The notes: generated from the sequence alone by a model not told the origin. Shown: positions 10,711-20,544, numbered from the stretch's first letter. The stretch is 64,000 bases of DNA from Candidatus Woesearchaeota archaeon (GCA_965205335.1 OZ242164.1:672001-736000), one strand, 5' to 3'. Made by a program: numbers and translations.

Positions 10711-12519
10711 TTACAGATGTAATTCCTTTGCATTCAACACATCCTTTGCACTATCAAACAACCGGCCTGTTAGTTTTAGAGAATTTACTTTAGACACATC
10801 AGAAAATGAATCTTTGGATTGCTCAGAGTTTGTAAATCCCTCCCTTTTGTACTCATAGACCAAGTCATTAGCATAATCAATAAGATATATCTTATCATCA
10901 TAAGATAAAATTTCCGCTTGTTTTTTGCCATCATAAACCAAATTCAACTTCTTTCTATTAGTCTCCAATAACGCATTTGACTCTCTTAAATTCTTAATCT
11001 CAGACATAACATTTCTTAACTCTTTAAGAACCTTGTTTACCTCAGTTACTGTAATCTTTCCCTCATCATAATCTGCCTTTGCCTTAATAATGTCCTTTAG
11101 AGCTGTTTTTGTAAACACTGAAACTTTACCCGTCTGAACATAATCCTCTCTGAATTTCTCAAATAAATCACTCTCAGACAGACCACTATAACCAGGAAGA
11201 TCAGCCAATTGCTTAATTAACTCATTATATGAAGTAGATACGGATTCCTTTGTTCGGCTCTCTGAAATCTCTTCAAATATCTTTTTGATATTTTTTAAAT
11301 AATCTTCCGAATTTTTAATCAATCTATCTAAATCCTTTCCTTTAATCTCAAAAGATTTATCATGTTCAATCTTCTTAAACAAACCAATTGTCTCTTCCAA
11401 TGTGTCAACATCTTTTTTGGAAACAATCTTTTCCTTTTCTAAAAGCACACTTTTAAACATTCTAACTGTTTCCTTTGGTGTTGTGGGATTAAATCCCTTG
11501 AGCATTAAAATTGCCTGTGAAGGTGATAAAACCGCGCTATATATATCATTTACAACTATATCTGTAAAAATTTTCTTTGCCCTCTCAATTAATTGAGTTC
11601 CAACATTCATATGCATATCAATAGCCTCAGGCGAAGGTCTGATCTTTCCAAGTTTTAGAAGTTCTTTCCATGCGGAATAAATTCCCCTATCATAAAATGG
11701 AACTCCATCTCTTAGAAAAGTAAACATTACTGGATGAGCATCCTTTAAAGCATCCCAGAAATCAGTTAAAAGATACACCTGAATATGAATATTAATCCCT
11801 GTAAGAGCACTAACTTCTCTTGCCATCTGCCAGATAATCTTCGTCAGTTGATCCTTTACCTGAAATCTTGGCATCCTCTTAACATCCGTATCATCAATTA
11901 CAACAAACACATCAAAATCATTAGATTTTTCTCCGCGAAGCCACGAACCTGCTCCTGCATACACTACCACATACTTCTCAAACTTTTGCAAAAGCATGTT
12001 TCTGTGAATATCAATTGTTTTCAGTGCCGAAATAAATCCCCTTGAATCCTCAAAAATAAAAGAAGTTCCCAATCTCTTCAAATCATCATAAATACCATCA
12101 AAGCAGTTCTCTCTAATTATTGAAATACTTGTTCCAAAAAACTTTACGTTTTTATCTGATTTTAAAGTATACTCAAAATACTCATGATCATAACCATCTC
12201 TCTTCCTCTCCTCAACTAAAAATTTATCAAACTTATCTTTAAGAATAATTCTGGGATCAAAAAAAGGAATTGGTTTCTCAAAATCATCAAGAAGAAAATT
12301 TAGAGTTAACTTATCAAAATTTGGCTGTGGGACATTATTTTTAATCTCCATCTGAGGGGATAAGTAAAACCCCATAGACTTACCTTTTGAATTAGCATTT
12401 ATTGCATCTACAACTGCTTTAAATGCCTTCTCCTTTGACTTTAACTTGGATTTAATCTGAGGTGGTAACTTCTCAATCTCTTTCTCAAATAAAAATTTCT
12501 GCTCTGATTCTTCCTTCAT
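10711..12519 (-). CDS. Pol-beta-like nucleotidyltransferase fused to a HEPN-like domain, with extra N- and C-terminal domains
   Basis: GSWLRG...NDFDVFVVIDD NTase motif; helical HEPN-like region (DIYSAV...LMLKG...KKIEH); possible degenerate second NTase fold at the N terminus. Confidence 0.75.
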   Translation of the reverse strand: MKEESEQKFLFEKEIEKLPPQIKSKLKSKEKAFKAVVDAINANSKGKSMGFYLSPQMEIKNNVPQPNFDKLTLNFLLDDFEKPIPFFDPRIILKDKFDKFLVEERKRDGYDHEYFEYTLKSDKNVKFFGTSISIIRENCFDGIYDDLKRLGTSFIFEDSRGFISALKTIDIHRNMLLQKFEKYVVVYAGAGSWLRGEKSNDFDVFVVIDDTDVKRMPRFQVKDQLTKIIWQMAREVSALTGINIHIQVYLLTDFWDALKDAHPVMFTFLRDGVPFYDRGIYSAWKELLKLGKIRPSPEAIDMHMNVGTQLIERAKKIFTDIVVNDIYSAVLSPSQAILMLKGFNPTTPKETVRMFKSVLLEKEKIVSKKDVDTLEETIGLFKKIEHDKSFEIKGKDLDRLIKNSEDYLKNIKKIFEEISESRTKESVSTSYNELIKQLADLPGYSGLSESDLFEKFREDYVQTGKVSVFTKTALKDIIKAKADYDEGKITVTEVNKVLKELRNVMSEIKNLRESNALLETNRKKLNLVYDGKKQAEILSYDDKIYLIDYANDLVYEYKREGFTNSEQSKDSFSDVSKVNSLKLTGRLFDSAKDVLNAKELHL

Positions 12520-12691
12520 TTACAATTAAAAGTAGAAGTCATCCTTTTATAAGTTTTTTGTGTTTTTTCAATAGATACTTTAAAAAATTAGAAAAATAAT
12601 CCAATTTCAGATAGAATTCTATAATTATAATTAAATTACTTACTCTTAGATTAAACAACTTATTTAAATTAATAAAGTTTCAATTCTTTGT

Positions 12692-13207
12692 ATGACCCTA
12701 AAGTTAGAACTTTCCAAAATAAGAAATTCATTTTCTAAAGTTAGAGAGGATATGCTGTTTCTATCTAAACAGGTATCTGAAAACTATGACCACTTTTTAA
12801 ATGAGCACTCTAAGATTGAGAAAAAGATAACGGAACTATCTGATGAGGTAAAAGAGCATATTAATAGTATTAAAAGAAATCATATTCATGCCCCAAACCC
12901 CAATATAACAGAAATTAATCATATAAAAGAACAGATTAAAGAATTAAAAGAAGAAGTTTCAAACACACACAAAGAGCACTTCAATCTCTCAAAAGTTTTA
13001 GAAGATATTAGCAAAAATAAAAAAAATATAAAAGAAATAAAAGAAAAACTGCATTCAAGTGAACTTGAGATATTTCTGCTTAAAGAGAAATTATCAGAGA
13101 AAGACATAGAAATTAAGCAGTTAAAAGATGTTTCTAAAACAATTTTTAATATTGTCGATGAGTTATCAAAAGTTGAACTTGAGATGCTCAATGTTAAAAG
13201 TAAATAA
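12692..13207 (+). CDS. Coiled-coil hypothetical protein
   Basis: Heptad-rich K/E/L sequence; stop 2 bp before the next ATG. Confidence 0.65.
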   Translation: MTLKLELSKIRNSFSKVREDMLFLSKQVSENYDHFLNEHSKIEKKITELSDEVKEHINSIKRNHIHAPNPNITEINHIKEQIKELKEEVSNTHKEHFNLSKVLEDISKNKKNIKEIKEKLHSSELEIFLLKEKLSEKDIEIKQLKDVSKTIFNIVDELSKVELEMLNVKSK

Positions 13208-13209
13208 GG

Positions 13210-14037
13210 ATGGACTTTGAGCAGAAAAGAAGGATGAGTAGAAACGAGGAGAAATATCATATAGAGAACCTAAAAATTGCTCGTGAATTCTCCAAAGAAA
13301 TCTTAAAAGAATTCAACGAACTCGTAAGAGCAATTGTTTTATTTGGTTCAAATACTCACGACACTTTAAAGAAGAATTCAGACATTGATGTTATGATTGT
13401 TTTAGATAATGTTTCCGTTTTTGTATCTCCTGAACTTCGTGAAGCATACTCAATTATAACAAAAAAACTTAATGCAAGTGTTGGAAAAAACAAAATTCAT
13501 ATAATGACGATGAACCTATCTGATTTGTGGGATATGTGCCGCAGAGGAGACCCAGTTATGATTAACGTTTTGCGTTACGGACTTCCAATATTTGATAGAG
13601 ATTTAATTGAACCACTTCAATATCTTCTCGAAATAGGAAGAATAAGACCAACCAGAGAAAGTATCTATAATTATATGGCAAGATCCCAAACCCTTTTAGA
13701 TGAAACAAACAAACACATTCAAAGTGGGGTTTTAGATTTGTATTACTCATTAATTGATATGGTACACGCAACTCTTATGTCATTTGGAAAAGCCCCTCCA
13801 TCCCCTAAAGAAATGCCCAAAATCTTTGTCAAGACATTTAAAAATAACAAAAAATTATCTGCTTACTCAAAAGATATTGATGAGATATATAAGATTGGAA
13901 AAGATGTTGAACACAGGAAATGTGAACTAAGTGGCTCTGAACTTGACAGACTGAAAAAAAAAGTTTCTAAAATTGTTAATAATCTAAAAAAAATAGTAGA
14001 TAGCGAAATCTCTAAAAAAGACCAGTTTGAATTGTAG
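13210..14037 (+). CDS. Nucleotidyltransferase (MNT-like)-HEPN fusion protein
   Basis: LFGS...SDIDVMIVLD NTase motif; HEPN-like C terminus (DLYYSL...LMSFG...KDVEH). Confidence 0.8.
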   Translation: MDFEQKRRMSRNEEKYHIENLKIAREFSKEILKEFNELVRAIVLFGSNTHDTLKKNSDIDVMIVLDNVSVFVSPELREAYSIITKKLNASVGKNKIHIMTMNLSDLWDMCRRGDPVMINVLRYGLPIFDRDLIEPLQYLLEIGRIRPTRESIYNYMARSQTLLDETNKHIQSGVLDLYYSLIDMVHATLMSFGKAPPSPKEMPKIFVKTFKNNKKLSAYSKDIDEIYKIGKDVEHRKCELSGSELDRLKKKVSKIVNNLKKIVDSEISKKDQFEL

Positions 14038-14095
14038 AGAATAATTCTGAATTTTTTAATTATAAAAGAACTTAGGTATTACTTCTAAACTGTTC

Positions 14096-14272
14096 CTATG
14101 ATTTGCGTTTATGATAGGTTGGGAGACGATTTAACCCTATTATTCCTCCCAAAATTGCTCCTAAAACTCCTAAGAGTACTCCTAAGTCTGCTCTAAAAAA
14201 TATCCTTCATAACATTCCAAAAATCACTGCTCCTAAAACCGCCCCCATTATTATATACATTATTAGTTTCAT
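14096..14272 (-). pseudogene. Small glycine-zipper membrane protein with in-frame TGA
   Basis: Manual translation MKLIMYIIMGAVLGAVIFGML*RIFFRADLGVLLGVLGAILGGIIGLNR...; TGA at 14207-14209. Confidence 0.55.
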
Positions 14273-14372
14273 ATTTCATCTACTCTTAAATCTTTTATTT
14301 GTTCTTTGTATTTAGAAAATTTCATTCATAAAAATAGGATGCTTGTGTTTTTTATAAAACTATTCTATGGAA

Positions 14373-14500
14373 GGCTCTGTCCGAAAATTGTTTTTTCCAA
14401 AATCTATGCTAACTATCTTCAATCAAAGAAAAAAATTATTTGTCAAAAATTGTTTTATTAATACAATATTTTAAGTTCTCTTGAATTTTCGGACAGAGCC
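14373..14500. mobile_element. 128-bp MITE with 17-bp perfect TIRs and 8-bp TSD
   Basis: GGCTCTGTCCGAAAATT ... AATTTTCGGACAGAGCC; CTATGGAA duplicated at 14365-14372 and 14501-14508. Confidence 0.93.
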
Positions 14501-14662
14501 CTATGGAAAATCTTTCTATTTTGGTTTAATTTCCATTTTCTCAGTATCCTTCTTTTTCTTTTTTCTAATTTTAATGGGAATTATGTTAAGGAAAAAAATA
14601 AAAACAAAGAGTTATTTTTTACATAGTAAAGAAAAGATTTTTCCAAGTCTTGAACTAGATAA

Positions 14663-15595
14663 ATGCCATATGAATTTAAAATTGATGAGAAATATGAAGG
14701 TATCTCTCCAAAGAATTTTCTGAAAAAGAAAATAGACTGCAGTTATGATTCTATATTCAAATACATTAAAGATAAAAGAATAACTCTTAACAAGAAGAAG
14801 ATTAAAAGTGACATTAAATTAAAAAAAGGAGATATTATCAAAGTATGGCTTGATACCATCCCAAAAAAAGAAGAAAAAGAAGAATTAGTAAAAAGAATAT
14901 CAAAGAATTTGAAAATCTCGATGATTTACCAAAATAAAGATTTTCTAGTTTTAAATAAATCTGCTGGTGTTGTCGTTCAGGGAGCACAGGATAATCCTAC
15001 CTCCCTATCGTATCATCTTGAATACCTACGCCAAAAAGACAAAGGAAGTGAGAATTACTTTCATGTTCACAGATTAGACAAAGATACATCAGGGGTTTTG
15101 GTTTGTTCTAAAAATATTATCTCTTGCAGGAATCTAAACAAGGTTTTTCGCGACAAAGATATGAAAAAAATTTATGTCTGTCTGTGCTATGGAAAATTTA
15201 AAAATAAAAAGGGCAGAATTGAAGTTAATTTAGAGAGAACTCCTCCTGAAGTTAGAGAGAAAGTTGTTGTTTCAAAATCAGGAAAATACTCTTTGAGTTC
15301 ATACAATGTAATTCGTGAATACAAATTCAAAGGAGATGTCTACTCTCTTGTTGAAGTTAGCATTAAAACAGGAGTAACCCATCAGATAAGAGTTCACATG
15401 AAATACATCAACCATCCAATTGTCTGTGATAAAATGTATGGCAATTCATTTGTAAACAATAATTTTAAACGAATACTTAACAGACAGTTTTTGCATGCTA
15501 AGATTTTAGAATTTAAATACAATGATAAAAAATATTCTTTTGATGCCCCGCTAACTGACGATTTGAAGAAAGTAATACAGGTTTTAACAAAGTAA
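14663..15595 (+). CDS. RluA/RluC/RluD-family pseudouridine synthase (bacterial type, S4 domain)
   Basis: NKSAG, HRLDKDTSG, TGVTHQIRVH, RQFLHA. Confidence 0.92.
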   Translation: MPYEFKIDEKYEGISPKNFLKKKIDCSYDSIFKYIKDKRITLNKKKIKSDIKLKKGDIIKVWLDTIPKKEEKEELVKRISKNLKISMIYQNKDFLVLNKSAGVVVQGAQDNPTSLSYHLEYLRQKDKGSENYFHVHRLDKDTSGVLVCSKNIISCRNLNKVFRDKDMKKIYVCLCYGKFKNKKGRIEVNLERTPPEVREKVVVSKSGKYSLSSYNVIREYKFKGDVYSLVEVSIKTGVTHQIRVHMKYINHPIVCDKMYGNSFVNNNFKRILNRQFLHAKILEFKYNDKKYSFDAPLTDDLKKVIQVLTK

Positions 15596-15633
15596 CAACA
15601 AAAATTTATAATTGAGTTAGATAAACTTTTTTT

Positions 15634-16628
15634 ATGAAGATAGCATATTTTGAACTTGAAATGTGGCAGGAAAAATTCCCAAAAGATGAATATATTTGTT
15701 TTAAGAAACCTCTTTTGAAAAGTCACATTAAAAAAATTTCCGACTGTGATATTCTTGTTGTGTTTATCTACTCCAAGATCAACTCAGAAATTATTAACAA
15801 GATGCCAAAATTAAAATTAATCTGTACCATGTCAACTGGGTTCGATCATATTGATATTGAGTATGCTAAGAGTAGAAGAATCAAAGTATGTAACGTTCCT
15901 TCATATGGCGAGAACACTGTTGCTGAACACACCTTCTCATTAATTCTTGCTTTGTCACGAAAATTATACCCTTCTATTAAGAGAACTCATGAGGAAAAGA
16001 GATTTGAAACAGATATTAGTCTTAGAGGTTTTGACTTGAAAGGAAAAACTCTTGGCCTTATAGGTGGAGGAAATATTGGACTGAATGTTGCAAAAATTGC
16101 CAAAGCTTTCGATATGAAAATTTTAGTTTTTGATATATATAAAGATAAAAACGCTTCAAAGAAGATTGGCTTTGAGTATGTTTCCATGAACATGCTTTTA
16201 AAAAAGTCCGATGTTATCTCTTTACATGTTCCATACAATAAACGCACTCATCACATGATTAACAAAGAAAATATTTCAAAATGAAAGATGACGTAGTAAT
16301 TGTTAATACATCCAGAGGTGGTATTATTGACACTTCTGCTCTTTTAAAGGCGTTAGCAACTAAGAAAATTCAAGGTTGCGCCTTAGATGTTTTAGAGGAG
16401 GAATGTGACGTTTTAGAAGAGAGTTCCGTATTATTTGATGAATTCAAAAAGTCCTGTAATCTAAAAACCATTTTAGAAAATCATAAACTAATGAAAATGA
16501 ACAACGTAGTAATCACTCCTCACAATGCATTTAACTCATACGAAGCTCTTTTAAGAATTTTGAATACAACCATTGACAATATTAAAAGGTTCAAGAAAAA
16601 GAAAAGAATTATTACACAAAGAATGTAA
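15634..16628 (+). pseudogene. D-isomer-specific 2-hydroxyacid (D-lactate-like) dehydrogenase split by a frameshift
   Basis: ORF 15634-16284 (STGFDHID, GGGNIG, SLHVP) and ORF 16281-16628 (NTSRG, ALDV, TPHNAF) rejoin if one A is added at TCAAAATG (~16276-16283). Confidence 0.85.
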
Positions 16629-16714
16629 AACCTTATTCCTATATGAAAAATTTGCATTAAGTTTATAAATAATAATTTACTACTGTTAAATAATAATGAC
16701 TTTAGAATTGGGAA

Positions 16715-17254
16715 TTGGGAATTGGTATTGAGGATGTGGAACAACACACAAGTATAGAAAAAGCAGAAGAGAGGACATATCCCAAAAAATCTCCTTATGT
16801 GAAAATACAACATCTTGGCTTAATGGGAATAATGGATTGGATTTCTAATTCCAATATATTTAAAGAATTGTATAATCCCAGTAAACCACCATACATTTCT
16901 TTCGATCAAAAGAGAATATTACTAAAAGGATTTGAAGCAGAATTAAAAATTATGTTCTCATATATAGGATATGATAGTAAAAAGATTACTACAAATATAG
17001 ATACTAAGGATCTTAATATAATATTTACCCGAAGAAGAACTTTAGGTTTAGGTCCGGCAGATGAGAGTATTGAGTTTTCACTCACAAATTTTGATGTAAA
17101 GAATAAACATCAATTAGCAAGAGAAATTCTGGATGTGTTAAGAGACTCCAGACTTGTCCGTTATTCTAATGAGAATAAATTACAAGAAAGAATAGATTCG
17201 ATGGAGGAAATCACTCTCAAAAGAAGAGAAGATATATGGGTTTACAGCATCTAA
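16715..17254 (+). CDS. Hypothetical protein
   Basis: 179-aa ORF downstream of TTTATAAA at ~16662; start uncertain. Confidence 0.5.
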   Translation: MGIGIEDVEQHTSIEKAEERTYPKKSPYVKIQHLGLMGIMDWISNSNIFKELYNPSKPPYISFDQKRILLKGFEAELKIMFSYIGYDSKKITTNIDTKDLNIIFTRRRTLGLGPADESIEFSLTNFDVKNKHQLAREILDVLRDSRLVRYSNENKLQERIDSMEEITLKRREDIWVYSI

Positions 17255-17337
17255 CAGAACATTAATAAATTAGATACAATAAAATTTTATATAAGGGGAT
17301 TCCTAACAAGTATACTTATTACATAGTTAAAACCAAT

Positions 17338-18078
17338 TTGTTTATAGAACCAAGTAAAATCTTTTCTATGTTAGGATTAAATCTTCTCAAAAAAAAGAAA
17401 GATATTAATTCTTTATTGGATTTTACTAAAATAGGTTCTGATAATAAATTTATATTTGAGGAGCATATCGATTATCCCATATCATTCATATCTTCGGAAA
17501 GTTTAGACCCAAATACAAAGTCAAATGAGACTCTATTTAGTTTATACAAATCAGTTAGTTATTTAGGTGATGAAAATTTATTTAAAGAGCATGATTTGAG
17601 TCTGGATTACCTTGTCTTAAAACCTAAACTTTTAGGAAGAGAATTTTCAAAAACATCATCCATCTCTCTTAAAAAAAGTGCCTTAATTCAGATTGTTAGT
17701 GGAGAAGGCTATGTCCTGCTTGAAAAAGTAGAAGATAAAAGAATCTTAAACATTGTAAAAGTTAAATCCAATTCTTATGTTTATGTCCCAAAAGGATTTT
17801 CATTTGCATTTATTAACTCTTCAGAAGATAACGATCTCTGTGTTCTGATATTAAGAGATTTGAATTCCAATTACAGTTTCAATTCATTTGAGAGAGAAGG
17901 AGGTTTTTGTTTGTTCTACATTAAATCTGGATTCATAAAAAATATGAATGCACAGCCAGATTATAAGATAAATGATTTTGAAGGCAATTATGCTGAAAAT
18001 TTGAAATTCAATGAGAATATTAGTTTATATGATGAATTTAAAAGACTCCCTAAGGAGTTTCACTTTCTAAAAGATTAA
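17338..18078 (+). CDS. Cupin-type glucose-6-phosphate isomerase homolog, apparently degenerate
   Basis: LFSLYKSV...LKPKLLGREFSKT...IVSGEGYVLL...YVPKGF...IN resembles archaeal cupin PGI; His ligands missing. Confidence 0.6.
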   Translation: MFIEPSKIFSMLGLNLLKKKKDINSLLDFTKIGSDNKFIFEEHIDYPISFISSESLDPNTKSNETLFSLYKSVSYLGDENLFKEHDLSLDYLVLKPKLLGREFSKTSSISLKKSALIQIVSGEGYVLLEKVEDKRILNIVKVKSNSYVYVPKGFSFAFINSSEDNDLCVLILRDLNSNYSFNSFEREGGFCLFYIKSGFIKNMNAQPDYKINDFEGNYAENLKFNENISLYDEFKRLPKEFHFLKD

Positions 18079-18758
18079 AAAATTAATTCATAAATCCTAA
18101 ATACAAAGAACAAATAATATATAGAAATTGCAAGCATTATCAAACCTGCAATTAAATTAATCTGTTTTTTGTATTCTACAAGTTTTGAGATTACCTGCCT
18201 ACTTGCTCCTAACGATAGTAGTGATAATATCAGAAGAGGGAGAGCAATTCCAATTCCAAATGTTAAAAAACTTAGAAGAGATGACAAAGGAGACTCAAAA
18301 AGTAGTGCTCTTGTGAAAAATGCCGCAATAAATCCTGGGTTGCAGGGCATAATTATTGCTCCAAAAAAGAATCCATAAAGCAGTGCATTTATCTTTGGAT
18401 TCTGAGATTTTTTTGTATTTATATGGGGAGTAAGTCTCGAAAAATCAACATTGAAAATTAATAGAATACTGATTATTACAAGTATGAAAAAGGCGATAGG
18501 AGAAATTATCTGTATAATATTTGTCAGAGATTTCTGAAATAATGTTGTAAATAACAATCCCAATATAAGCATAAATGAGATTACCCCTAACGAGACTAAA
18601 AGTCCTAATTTGAGAATCTGATTCTTATCATCTTTATTTGTAATTTGGTTTGCCAGATATGACAGAAACCCAGGGTAAAGAGGAAGAACACATACAGCAG
18701 TTAAAGGTGTTAAAATTCCAAGTACAAAAGATGTTGCTATATCATTTAATAACGCCAT
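18075..18758 (-). CDS. CcdA/DsbD-like transmembrane disulfide reductase
   Basis: Six TM segments with AVCVLPLYP and MPCNP cysteines. Confidence 0.85.
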   Translation of the reverse strand: MALLNDIATSFVLGILTPLTAVCVLPLYPGFLSYLANQITNKDDKNQILKLGLLVSLGVISFMLILGLLFTTLFQKSLTNIIQIISPIAFFILVIISILLIFNVDFSRLTPHINTKKSQNPKINALLYGFFFGAIIMPCNPGFIAAFFTRALLFESPLSSLLSFLTFGIGIALPLLILSLLSLGASRQVISKLVEYKKQINLIAGLIMLAISIYYLFFVFRIYELIF

Positions 18759-18785
18759 TTGGAAATATTTTATTTAATTGATTTT

Positions 18786-19898
18786 TTAATTGTTTGGTTC
18801 TACGCCATATAATTTAGTATTAGGATGAAAGGCATACCATGCAAACCAGAAATCACGCTCTTTTGGAACTCTTTCGTTTGTATCAAGTCTTAGTATATCT
18901 ACATCCCCTCCAATATTTTTTGTAATTTTAATTTCAATCCCTCCTACAATATCCTGAATTGGTGTTTGAGATTTTATGTCTTCTTCTCTATAAGCAGAAT
19001 ATTCACCATTAATTTCAATACCAAATATTACTGTTTTTGGATGAACTCTATCATCTCTATTATCCACAGGAAACATTAAAAAAGAATCTTCATAGTAATT
19101 CCCATAAGGGTCTCTGCCATAATCTCTTTTCATCCCTGTATCCTGACTTAATACTTGCGAGTTTGGATTTGCAATTTTCCAATCTTTCCATACAACAGTA
19201 TCTAAGTCAATCGGAATTAATTCCTGTCCTGTTAATTGTCCTATTATTGCCAATCCTCCTATTTGTTGCCAGTATGTATCAGTTTTTTCATCATACATAA
19301 TAAGATTTGAATTGTATAATTTGCCCGATGTTCCAAACCTTGTTTCAATTCGTTCTCCTTCAATTTCAATTGTTCTCTCGTACCCTATCCCACTCCCGCA
19401 AAGAGGACAGTATGTTATAAGAATTGGATAACCTGCGACTACATCATTCGCAATTTCATGCCAAACCATTATCTGATGAGGGTATACCTTTGTTTCATTT
19501 TTATATCTTAGCACAAGCACTAATTCATTATCTTCAATCCATTTATCAGCTTCCTCTACTGAAACAAATTCGATATTTTCTTTCGCCAAGGCTGGAATTC
19601 CCTTATCAATCCCAATACCTCCTTTAGGAGGACCTCCTCCTCTGATTAAATTAGGATTTACCAAATATTTTGTTCCATCAGGTGTAGTTTTGATTTCAGA
19701 TTCTATTCCATTATTTGCAATCTCTGATTTAATTTGAGAGTCATTAAGAGGGGATTTGGATTGAGGAGAGATTATATTTGAATACACAAATAAAACAAGC
19801 ATAATAATCACTAAGACAATTATTATGTGAATTACATAATTGTTCTTTTTTCTGTTTGCTTCAATGCTTAATCCTTTATGCCTTTTTCTTTTAGACAT
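18786..19898 (-). CDS. DUF3179-family membrane-anchored protein
   Basis: GGPPK..IPAL, WHEIAND, TYCPLCGSG, SGKLYNSNL, FWFAWYAFHP. Confidence 0.85.
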   Translation of the reverse strand: MSKRKRHKGLSIEANRKKNNYVIHIIIVLVIIMLVLFVYSNIISPQSKSPLNDSQIKSEIANNGIESEIKTTPDGTKYLVNPNLIRGGGPPKGGIGIDKGIPALAKENIEFVSVEEADKWIEDNELVLVLRYKNETKVYPHQIMVWHEIANDVVAGYPILITYCPLCGSGIGYERTIEIEGERIETRFGTSGKLYNSNLIMYDEKTDTYWQQIGGLAIIGQLTGQELIPIDLDTVVWKDWKIANPNSQVLSQDTGMKRDYGRDPYGNYYEDSFLMFPVDNRDDRVHPKTVIFGIEINGEYSAYREEDIKSQTPIQDIVGGIEIKITKNIGGDVDILRLDTNERVPKERDFWFAWYAFHPNTKLYGVEPNN

Positions 19899-20544
19899 TT
19901 TGACTGCACTTTTCGTTTATTGATGCTTTCAATTTTTCAACTGATTTAAAGCCTCTGTCAAGAAAGTAAGAGTTTCCGTCTTCACAGATTAAAATCATTG
20001 GAACAATTGGAGCAGATACAACTTCAAGCCCAAATTCATTGGTTAATTCTTTTGTTAAATCAGGAGGAGAGATTGAATAAATCCAATCAAATCCATTTGA
20101 TTGAATATGTTTTAAAATTGTATTTTTATCTTCATTTGAATCTATATCAAGTCCTATTGAAATTACTGTGTCTCCAATTTCCTCATGAAGTTTTTTGATT
20201 TCTCTTTGTTGCTGTGTACATTTAGGACACCATACTGCAAATGATTCAAGAAGAATTGGTTTATCATTTAGTTCTCCTATTGTATAAACTTCACCAGTAT
20301 TTACATCTTCTAATTGTATATTATGCCAATCAGGAGTTTTAAGTGTTTGAGTTTCTTCCTCAACAGTATCCTCAACTTCTGGAACTTCAACTTCTTCAGA
20401 GTTATCTGTTTGAGTATCATCCTGAACCTGCAAACTTGGAGCATTTTGAGGGGCTTCAACTTGACTACTGCATCCATATAAAAATATGGAGATTAATATA
20501 AAAATTGTTATAATTACATTTTTCATACAATTTATTGTATTCAT
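19891..20544 (-). CDS. Thioredoxin-like (TlpA-type) lipoprotein
   Basis: Signal peptide ending LYGC, acidic linker, FAVWCPKC. Confidence 0.85.
   Translation of the reverse strand: MNTINCMKNVIITIFILISIFLYGCSSQVEAPQNAPSLQVQDDTQTDNSEEVEVPEVEDTVEEETQTLKTPDWHNIQLEDVNTGEVYTIGELNDKPILLESFAVWCPKCTQQQREIKKLHEEIGDTVISIGLDIDSNEDKNTILKHIQSNGFDWIYSISPPDLTKELTNEFGLEVVSAPIVPMILICEDGNSYFLDRGFKSVEKLKASINEKCSQNV

Noticed and set aside
14481-14723. 80-aa ORF
   Set aside because: Starts at a TTG inside the MITE TIR, has low complexity and overlaps the Rlu gene
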